Positions 52,701-64,000 of a DNA stretch of 64,000 nucleotides are shown piece by piece. The notes beneath the pieces are model-generated. The model was given only the letters and a program-made list of their open reading frames with translations, had not been told where the DNA came from and made no database searches. The stretch comes from Eledone cirrhosa (taxonomy: Eukaryota), in contig OZ024741.1 in assembly GCA_964016885.1 (NCBI GenBank), forward strand, positions 183,396,001 through 183,460,000. The letters run 5' to 3'. Numbering within the stretch: the first letter of the stretch is position 1; every line of letters starts with the position of its first letter. Position numbers and translations under genes: made by a program.

Positions 52701-53551
52701 GTGTGTGTGTGTTTTTTTTTTATATATATACATATATACATGTTTACATACATAAACAGAGCATTTTGTAAACTAACTTTATTGTGTATAATGATACATA
52801 TGGAGTTCCTTAAAAAATAGCCATAAATTACGAACATCCTCCTGACTATTCCACTATTAAGTTCATGTTTCTTGAGGGCAGTAGTGGTGGGGGCATTGCA
52901 GGGGGTTATACTTCTAGAAGACCTGAAATCTCCATGATATCTAGTTGACAGCTGATGAGGCAAATACCCCAAGTGTTACTTGGTTATAGATACTATTCAT
53001 CATCATCATCATCATCATCATTTTATGTCTGCTTTTCCCTGCTTGCAAGTGTGGGACGGATTCTATTCCGCACAGCATCTCTCCATTCGTCACGGTCCCT
53101 CATCATCTCCTCCATGAACTTCAGCGATCTGAGGTCAGCTCTCACCACCTCCGCTCATGATTTTCATGGTCTTCCTCTACTGCGTCTTATTCTAAATAAT
53201 AATAATAATGGTTTTTGATTTAGACACAACGCCAACAATGTTGGGGAGGGAAAAGTTGATTAAATTGACCCCAGTGCATTACTGATACTTTATTTTATCT
53301 ACCCCGTAAGGATGAAAGGCAAAGCTAACCTTGGCGGGAGGTTAATAATAATAGAAATAAAAATAATTAATTATAATATATACATATTACATCATGATGA
53401 TGACGATGATACACATACATATACACACACATACACATATATACATACACACGAACATACGTGCACTGAAATTTCCAGATGTTGACTGAGGAAATGGGAC
53501 AGTCCATTTTACCATTATTTTTTTCTATTGTCTTTGTCCTGTGTGCTCCAC

Positions 53552-53590
<39 letters not shown>

Positions 53591-53598
<8 letters not shown>

Positions 53599-53703
53599 TA
53601 ACAGATTAAAGTTTAAGCAAAGAATCGCTGCTTTCACCCTTAACGGGATCTTAAGGGTGAAAGCAGCGATTCTTTGCTTAAACTTTAATCTGTTATTTTA
53701 ATA
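53591..53703. repeat. Perfect 53-bp inverted repeat (7-nt loop)
   Basis: tattaaaataacag...cacccttaa cgggatc ttaagggtg...ctgttattttaata. Confidence 0.95.
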
Positions 53704-53791
53704 AACATTTGCTCTACGGTTCTTATATGTTTGATATATATTTATCCTTATCGAGCCCTCTTTGGATTTTAGTCTTCAAATTTATTATTAT

Positions 53792-53852
<61 letters not shown>

Positions 53853-53955
53853 CTATATATATATAAAAAAACCCATGAAGCAAATATTTATTATATGTAC
53901 AGATTAAAGCTTAAGCAGAGAATCGCTGCTTTCATCCTTTTATGGGATCTTCTGA

Positions 53956-53990
<35 letters not shown>

Positions 53991-54714
53991 CGGTTTTTTC
54001 ATATATATATATATAATCCTTATTGAGCCCTCTTTGGTTTTTAGTCTCCACATTTATTATTACTATATATAAATATCCCATGCCAGTGTGGGAAAATGGA
54101 CGTTAAATGATGACGATGATGAATGATCATATATATATATATATATATATATAGATAATATATTTTGTTTTAATTTTAATTTTGGTTTGATTTTGAATTT
54201 GATTTTGAATTGCTATACAGAAATAATATAGTATAATATATTCACTCCACTGTACATCAATATATATATATATCTGTATGTCTCTTGCGTTGGAAAGGAG
54301 GTCAATTATGTGTACAAACATTGAAAAATGTTCCGAAGACTCCAAGCCTAGGTTTGGATGAAACAATTGTAAGCTTTGATTCTTGTAAATTCTATATATC
54401 ATCATCATCATTTCATTTTACGTCCGCTTTTTCCCTACTTGCAAGGGTGGGACGGGAACTGATGCTGGCTTGATTTCTACAGCTGGATGCCCTTCCTAAC
54501 ACCTACCTCATTTACAGAGAGTGCTGGGTGCTTTTTTGCCATGGCACCTCCACGACCACTTTACAGTCCCTATCATCTCATTTCTACAGCTGAGTAAACT
54601 GGAGCAATGTGAAATAAAATGTCTTGCTCAAGAAAACAACACATCACTCGGTCTGAGAATTGAACTCACAACCTTTCGATTGCAAGGCCAATGCTCTAAC
54701 CACTAAGCCATGTG

Positions 54715-54851
<137 letters not shown>

Positions 54852-56899
54852 AGGCAGCAAATTGGCAGAGTTGTTAGAGCGTCAGATAAAATGCTTTGTG
54901 CAGTATTTGTTTCGGTTCTGTACTCTCTGAGTTCAAATCCTGCCGAGGTCAGCTTTGCCTTTCATCCATTTGGGGGTCAACAAAAAAGTACCAGTCTAGT
55001 GTTGGGGTTGATTCTTCCTCTATATCTCTTTCTCACTTCTATACTTTCACTCTCTCTGTCTTTCTCTGGAAGAAATATGGTGGATTCAGACCTGGGGAGG
55101 ATTGGCTCTACCTGCTTTTAAAAATGCCTTAGAAACTGCGTATTTCAATACGGTGCCTATATGACCCCCTCATGTTACGGGACCATATATATATATATAT
55201 ATATATATATGCAATCGGAAGGTTGTGAGTTCAATTCTCGGACCGGGTGATGTGTTGTTTCCTTGAGCAAGAGACTTTGTTTCACATTGCTCCAGTTTAC
55301 TCAGCTGTAGAAATGATAGGGACCCCAGTCCCTATCATTCCACTGCAAAGTGGTCGTGGAGGTGCCACGGCAAAAAAGCACCCAGCACTCACTGTAAATG
55401 AGGTTGGTGGTAGGAAGGGCATCCAGCTGTACAAATCAAGCCAGAATCAGTTCCCGTCCCACCCTTGCAAGCAGGGAAAAGCGGACGTAAAATGAAATGA
55501 TGAAATGATGATATATATGTGTGTGTGCGTGTTTGTGTCCATTATGTTTAGGTTAGTGTCTGTGTTTTGGTTCAATGAAAATGATCGATAAAATAAATAC
55601 CAGGTGAGAAAAAAATAATACTGAGTTTGATAGGTTGACCAAATCAAGGCAGTGCTCCAGCTGGTTGCAGTCTAATAACTGTAACCATTGAAAGAAATAT
55701 ATATATATATATATATATCATCATCATCATTTTAATGTACCCTTTCCCTGCTAACAAGGGTTGGACAGGTCTATACAGACCAAGTTGGTACTGAAGCAGA
55801 GCCACTGATCTGCCAGGCAGGCCAGGAATTTGCGTCTCTCTTATGTACAGTCTCATGCTTCACCAAGTGTTCAGGAGAGATTGTCATGCTTTGACAAAAC
55901 TGAGGATTCTCCCAATCCATTGTCATGGTTTTTAGTCATTTCTGTTGTAAGGTTTAGCTTTTTAAGGTCAGCTTACACAACCTAATCCTATGTCTTCTTG
56001 AGTCTGCCTCTTCCAAGGGTCACAGCCACTAGAGTTTCTCTGCCTTTCTTTATGGAGCTGCTTATGTTATGTCACTCATGCAGTAACACTAGACATCCAT
56101 CAGAGCATACTTAACTCATTTCTTTCTAGTCTCCACAGGTCTTTTGCAGTCAAGGACCTTGTTTCGAGGCAAACACACGCAATATGTGGATGGATACGAA
56201 AATAAAAAAAATGCTAATGAGAGCTCCCAGATGATAGATTTTTTACTTCTAATGGCAAAATAAGTATATGAAGAGATAAAGTAATTCCAACAAGTGGATG
56301 GGGGCACATTTATTGATCAGCACACCAAAATAATGCTTACAGGAGATTTCAATGATTCTCAGGAAGTATATAATGCATGGTGGGGGAGCAGAAATGTTGG
56401 GTGATCTGACTTGACTTAATTAGAGCGTTTGTACGTGTGTGGGTGGGTAACTCTAAATGTTTTTCATGTTTTATATCATGAGTTAATTATTGAGTACTTT
56501 ATAATGTGTTTATACTTGTTTCATCAAATCTATTTGTGAGCATTATTTTCTATCATTACGGGGTCGATAAAATAAAGTACCAGTAATGCACTCTGGGTAA
56601 TTGCTGGCCTTGTGCCTAAAGTAGAAACAATTATTTTCTATCAAATCTATTTTTGAGCATTATTTTCTATCAAAATAAAGTACCAGTAATGCACTGGGTA
56701 ATTGCTGGCCTTGTGCATAAAGTAGAAACAATTATTTTCTATCAAGCCTGGTATTTATTTTATCAATTACTTGTCATTGAACCAATAAGTTATGGGTCAT
56801 AAACAGATAAAAACGTCCTTACCCCTATTCTAATTTTATATAACATTGTCTAGCAGATCATGCATTGTACTTTCTATGCTAATAATGTTTATTGTATTC

Positions 56900-58450
56900 T
56901 ATGTGCAAGCTCTTGTGGCTAATTAAAGAAATTGTTATTACTGTTATCACCAACTGTTCACAGAATGGAAAACTTCCCAGCTCTGTGAGCCGAGGTGTGG
57001 TGACACTGCTGAGACAGGATCCAAACAAGAGGGGTCACATAGATAACTTTAGGCCAAAATGCAGAATTCAAGATTTTGGCCAAGGTGTTGGTATTTGTTA
57101 TTAGGAGATTGGTTGGGGCAGCACAGATGTGCACCATGAGAAACAGATGCATTCACAACAACCTCTATCTCATGCAATACATTACAGTGAGGGTAAGAAA
57201 CTTGGTGAGGGTGGGGCTCTGATTAACTTAGATCAATTGAAAGTTTTCAATAGGGTTGGCCATTACTACTTGGTAGGTGTCTTCAGTGAGGCTGGTTTTA
57301 GCCATGCCTTCAGGGGATGGATTGCTACAGTGTACAGTGACATCTGCTCATTGTATTGGAGCTGTTCAGAATCATGCACTCGGTCCATTAGGGCTGTGCC
57401 CTCTCTTGCACGTACTGATTCTTGAGGCATTACTGCTCAAATTGGAGGCACGAAAGGACATCTCACATGAACTAGGATGAGGGAGATCCATGTTGTCAAT
57501 GTCACCATAATGGTGTTGAGTACTAAGCACATCAAGATGATCAACACAGCTCTAATTGAGTATGAGGTGGTTATGGGAGCAAAAGTTAACCAGCAAAGGT
57601 TGATGGGCCTGTAGCTCAACTCCATGCCATCCAATAATATTGTTGTGCCCCAGATGGATGGGCTGGTTAAGTTGCTCAGGGTCAAGTTCAATCATATCTC
57701 CAGATAGACTAACACTGGGATAATGTAATAAGCTGAGAGGAAACTATCACTGAAAGGTTAGGCAGAGGTGGCAAATGTGTAAATTGCCTCTGTCGTTTAT
57801 TACCACCTGGCCATCATGTCTTGCTCTGGTCGCCATCCGACCACATTGGAGCAACTAGTTTATCACTTTTTGGAGGACTGGGCAAGCCATGGCTAATGAT
57901 GCAAGGCATGTGCTGAAACTGCCACATAATCAGCATTTCCTTGAGGGTGAATATGTGTGGTTGCTGTTCAACAAACACATTCTTCCCCAGTTCATCTCCT
58001 TGATGGAGCTGTAGCCCAGGGTCAAAGAAAGACTAAGAGGGAGCGCACTGCAGCTGGAATGTCATTGAGAATTCAGAGCCCTCTATCAGTTGGGAACTGT
58101 GGTCACTGGAAAATTAGTGATGGTGAAAAGTGATGATCTTCATGGAGAGATTCTGTGTGTGAAAGACAATCAACTAGCCACTCTCTTTCGGAGAACTTTC
58201 AGCCTATGACCAATGCATAACTTCCAGAAATTCTAGGCCTAGCAGGGTGGTGATAAGTTCAACAGATACAGAAGCACCATCAGCAGAGCCTATTTAAAAT
58301 GCCCACAAGGCAATGAAACCATCTTGCATGCACTCATCCAGTGTCTGAGTACTACTGACTTGTGGAGCTATGTCAAACAGCTGCTGTTATAATTAGGATG
58401 GATCTGACTATCATAGATATAGCCCCATCATCTTCCTTTAGTTGGGAAGA
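56900..58450 (+). mobile_element. Highly decayed L1/Tx1-like LINE RT
   Basis: GKLPSSVSRGVVTLLRQDPNK..DNFRP, KILAKV and GALINLDQLKVFNRVGH remnants, with many disruptions. Confidence 0.6.
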
Positions 58451-58554
58451 GCAGGCACTGTTTTTTTTTATAAGAATAATCTGTTGGTAACACTTAGCTG
58501 TGATTATAAGCAGTTTCCACTATATATTACATCTAAAGCATAACACAAACCACT

Positions 58555-59112
58555 TCTCCACTATAGCAACTACAGCCACAAAATGCACTACCTCCACTAC
58601 AACACAATACCAACCACTACTACATCCACCACTACTATCACAAGCATTATCACTAACAACAATAGCAACCACCATCAAAACAACCACCACCACCACCACC
58701 ACTATCATCACCATTACCACCATCACAACATCAAATACTAATGGCATCATCACCAACACAAAACCAATCCCCACTTTTACCATCACCACTACAACAACAG
58801 CGCCTATAACTATCACTTGCATCACAACCACAACACTGCCGACCATCATCACCACCACCACCACCACCAATACTACCACTACATCATCAACAACTATCAC
58901 TATTAACACAACAAAAATACCAACCACCATTACTACCATCATCATCACCACCACCATCACAACAACGATGACAACAACTACCACTATCACCCTCATCACC
59001 AACAGCATCACTACCACAACTATAAAGTATGGAATTTGATCGCAGCTTCTTTTAGTAGAATTGATAATAATAGTTGTGTGAGTAGTAATAGTAGTAGTAG
59101 TAGTTGTTGTAA

Positions 59113-59150
<38 letters not shown>
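58555..59150. repeat. (ACC/ACT/GTA)n low-complexity region
   Basis: Directly visible. Confidence 0.85.
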
Positions 59151-59621
59151 AACATAAGTAAACAATCGGCGTTAAGACAGTTGCTTATCAATGTGTTTAA
59201 GAAAGAGCGAGTGAGTCTTTACGAGACCACTTAACCTGCTAGAAATAGCAGCAAAATCTCGCCTTAAATTACACATCACCATTAAAAAAAGCAAAAACAA
59301 AAACAGCAACAACAAAATAAAACAATAACCACATTGAATAATAGCATTCCAAGATACTCTATCCCTAGAGGGGTGAGTGGGATGAGGGAAAAGACGGAAT
59401 AGTCATAAAAAAAAACAAACAAAAAAACCTTTAACAATGGCTTTTGATCATAGGTTTACTTGACCGCAGCTAACCTGCGGCCAAACAATAATAACTGTAG
59501 TTGAAACTAGTAGAAGTAGTTGGCAAAAGAGCCGGTGTGTTAGATGAAACAGGTGAACTTAAGCAGAATAGATTAACAAAAGAAAGTGTGTGAGAGAAAG
59601 ATAGATAGAGAAAGAAAGAGA

Positions 59622-59665
<44 letters not shown>

Positions 59666-60533
59666 TAGATAGAGAGAGAAAGAGAGAAAAAGAGAAGCTT
59701 TAAGGCTATTAATAAAATAGAAAGCGTGACAATTTACTGCCTTCAGATGGGTGGTATAAATACATATACTTTATACGTGCATATATATATGTATATATAT
59801 ATAGGTGTGTATATATGTATATATACACACACACACATAAATGTGTGTGTTTATCCTTTCTTGGCGGACTTGGCGATTATTTCCATATCTGTAAATATTT
59901 CTCTTCTATATAAGCCTTCATTACTTTCTCTTCTAGCGTGACATGAATGTGTTTTTTTTTCTTAATTTTATTTTGGTTCCTGGTTACCACTGTAACTACC
60001 CGCCGTTACTAAGGAAGCCAGTGTCTGTGGCGCTGCTGCTGCTGCTGCTTGTGATAGAAGTGGGAGAAGGTGTGGTTACATGTCCTCACGTAACACTTCA
60101 TAAACGTAACATAACGCCATATCATATACAAAGCGTTTATTTCTTTTTTCTTCTTTTTTTTTGTATATTGAAAATGGTGAACAATAGCGTCGTTATATTT
60201 TATAAGCTCTGGATGTGTGAAAGGCTAAAATCACTCATAGAATTTGAACTTAGAACGTAGACAACCAATACAGGGTGACCGCTACCGATTCTGCCACTCT
60301 AGTTATATTTTATTTTGGTGAAGCTTCTGAATAAACACCCCAAAGGAAATTATTATTCTCCTAAAAAGACTTTAAAAAAAATCTTATTTAAAATATTTTT
60401 CGCACACGCATCGCTTCTGCTATTTCTCTCAAATAAGCCTGGCAGCCACTACACGGCTCGTCGACATACTAGAAATAGAGACTCTAAATGAAAAAAAGTT
60501 TTATTATTATTTTTCTGGGTGGTGGTGATGAAA

Positions 60534-60573
<40 letters not shown>

Positions 60574-62167
60574 GTAGGAGGTGAGTTTTATTGTAGCACA
60601 ATAAAGCAATGCAAATATCGGATAAGTAGCACTCAACAGTTTATTGGACTTCTTATATATATATATATATATATATAAATGAGAGGTATATATATATATA
60701 TATCTGTGTACTATAGACGAACATTGCCGAAGTTTATATATATATATGTGTGTGTCTGTGTGTGCGTGCGTGTGTGTGTCTGTGTGTGTGTGCGTGCGTG
60801 TGTAGCAATATGCGTAGATGTGAAAAGGAGAAAGGAAAACAGTGCTCAATCGGGGAGAGATCAGAAATATTATATTATTTATTTATGTTCATAAATAATA
60901 TAATGCACACACACACACACACTCTCTCTCACTCTCACTCACACACACACATATATATATACATATAAATATATATATATTTGCTGATTCGTAAATCTCC
61001 GTTTAAAACGTAGAATTCTGAAAAAATAATAAATAAAAATGTTAGGGTCATCTACGTGGAGTGCTTATTCCAAAACTCCACTTTTATTTCATTATACAAT
61101 TGGTGTACAATAGCGTCGTTAGTTACAGGACTCCTACAGGTCAATCACGAGTTCATTCGCGTTCAGAAATTGAGAACAACAAGGGAGCAAGGGAGTGACT
61201 ATGTAATATAGTACAGGACATTTATCGCAGGGAACGTTGTTTGAAAAACACCGTATTTTCGGATTTTCTTTCGGCGTTGATTTACTCATTCACCGTCACA
61301 CACGCAGGGAAAGGGATCGGAAATAATCAAGATTTAGTGATAACACTGACACCTACCGGCCGTTTAATAGTGGATCAGGTTGGGTAACTCTCAGCGATTA
61401 ATTTGTATGCAATATGTTTGGAAGTACAAGCAAGAGAAAGAAGATTCAGTGCATGAAATATAATAATAAATCCAGTGGTAATGTAGTAGAGTCTATTTAT
61501 TCATTCATTCAAAGCTGATGATTCACTTCGTCGCTTTTCCCAGTTTCTTGCTCTTTGTGAACGTTCATTCAAACAAAAAGATTAATCTTTCGTGATTACG
61601 TGAGCTCGCACACACACACATTACACATTAGACAGACAGACTGACACACACACTCACACACACACATAATGAAAGGATGGTTAGCAAAAACGGGGCGCCA
61701 GATTCGATCTCATTGTGCCTTCTACTAAAATCTCAGCTTGTAAGTGGAATTTGGAAGACGGAAACTGTATAGGAAGCTCATTGAATACATAAATGTTTAT
61801 ATGTGGGCTGTGTGTCTGTTTATGTTTATACACTAGTAAAAAAACCGGTGTTTATAGTATATTTCTTTATGTACCGTAATGTGGCTGTTTGAGAAATATG
61901 TACTCCACACAAGGAAGTACAGAAGTCAGTTTGATCGACTTAACCCCTTGAAGGCAGTGCCACGGCATGACCACAGTCCAATGAAACTCAAAAGAATACA
62001 TACGCGTACGCACACACACACACATATATATATATACTTATACATACACACACACTATGTACTATTAACCATAAGAAAGAACTATTTGTAGAGTAAAAAT
62101 ATTATTTTTTGAATTGGAAGGTGTAACCGCAGTGACAAGTAGCTTATCCTAACCCGGGAAACACCTA

Positions 62168-62222
<55 letters not shown>

Positions 62223-62412
62223 CACACACACACATACATACACGCATTCTTTTATTAGTTTCAGTCATTAGACTACGACCATGCCAGAGTACCACTCCAA
62301 AAGAAATTAGTCGAAAATATCGACACGACTGCTTTAAAAAAAATATATTTTCATGTCTGATACTTATTTTATCTATCTCTTTATTTGTGAACTAACAGAC
62401 ACGGGGACGGAC

Positions 62413-62465
<53 letters not shown>

Positions 62466-62752
62466 GATCGGGCCTCAGCATTGATTTCATCTACCGTATT
62501 GCACTGACAATTGGTGAACCCGAGGCTATAGTAGAAGACACTTGCCCAAGTACCACGCTGTGTGACTGAAACCGAAACCACACGGTTGCAAACTTCTTAA
62601 CCACTTAACCATGTTTTCGCCGACACACACACACACACCTCACATAAATCGGATATAATGTTTTGCGGTATACGTTCCGGTCCTCTGTCGAGGTCGACAT
62701 TATCATTCGATTCGAGGTTAATAAATAAATGACCAGTCCAGTACTGAAGTAG

Positions 62753-62800
<48 letters not shown>

Positions 62801-63246
62801 TTTTCTGGACGGCATCGCTTGTGTTCAGACCTGGAGAGAGACGGGCTCTGCCAAGCTTAAATACCCAAGACGGAGGTCCTTCGACTTCATCTAAAATAAA
62901 GGGACATGGAATGGAAATATACTGAGTGAACCATTTAAATAAAAATTCATATTATTTCTCGATTAACGGCAACAAAACTTTTACACAATAAAGCTATACA
63001 TCTAATTTGGGGTAGGGTCAAGTTTATTTTTCACTAACATTATTTTCTTGTTTCCAGGTGCCCAACCGCCAATAACAGCATTTGTTTGTTGGTATAAATG
63101 GCTTAGAAGTGTCATAACAGTGAATAAAAAATCTATAAAAATACTTTAAACGTATACCTTTATTGTGTAAAAATTTCATTAAGTTTGGCTTAGATATAAA
63201 ACCGATATAATGGTACACACTTAAATGGCGCACCTTGTATATGTGG

Positions 63247-63314
<68 letters not shown>

Positions 63315-63325
63315 TTATACATACA

Positions 63326-63395
<70 letters not shown>

Positions 63396-63444
63396 CATAT
63401 ATATATATACATATATATGTATACATACATACACATATATATAT

Positions 63445-63508
<64 letters not shown>

Positions 63509-63632
63509 CATAAATAGCATTGAATAAAGAATGAAATGAATACATGTGTAGACACGACCCGGCTAGCCTTTGAAGTTATTCAGTGTGAATATATATATAT
63601 ATAGATACACACACACACACATGTATATACAT

Positions 63633-63749
<117 letters not shown>

Positions 63750-63782
63750 AATAAACGTGCTGCGGAGTTGCAAATAGGTTAC

Positions 63783-63881
63783 ATATGAATAAAGTGGTCC
63801 TTCATCAGTGATCTTCCAACCATCATCGAAGCGAAGAAATACCGATGATGGTTGGAAGATCACTGCTGAAGGACCACTTTA

Positions 63882-63888
<7 letters not shown>
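63783..63888. repeat. 46-bp inverted repeat (1 mismatch, 14-nt loop) between (TA)n tracts
   Basis: atatgaataaagtggtccttcatcagtgatcttccaaccatcatcg ... cgatgatggttggaagatcactgctgaaggaccactttattcatat. Confidence 0.93.
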
Positions 63889-63928
<40 letters not shown>

Positions 63929-64000
63929 GCGCTGACAGCAATGTATTGCACTATATATTGTTGTTACGCTTGTTAGCTTGAGAAATCTTAACTGTCAGAT

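Overview
Eukaryotic, AT-rich, microsatellite- and transposon-saturated genomic DNA. The repeat content suggests an octopus or other coleoid cephalopod, which is an inference. One host gene is supported: ANKEF1 (ankyrin repeat and EF-hand domain protein 1) on the minus strand. It has five phase-consistent GT-AG coding exons (44229-44264, 33961-34270, 31145-31344, 29401-29674, 6322-7120), and its remaining 3' exons appear to lie left of the window. Introns and upstream DNA hold a near full-length RTE LINE whose RT carries an internal PHD finger, and a Penelope-like element with inverted pLTRs containing hammerhead motifs. They also hold CR1, R4/Dong, CRE and Tx1/L1-like fragments, Helitron/DINE-like elements, MITEs and two tRNA-derived SINE families. 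The most unusual signal is a set of short (TA)n-embedded fold-back elements. One has a near-canonical minimal hammerhead ribozyme between ~118-bp terminal inverted repeats. A tandemly amplified 81-bp unit with HDV-ribozyme-like features is a weaker second candidate.
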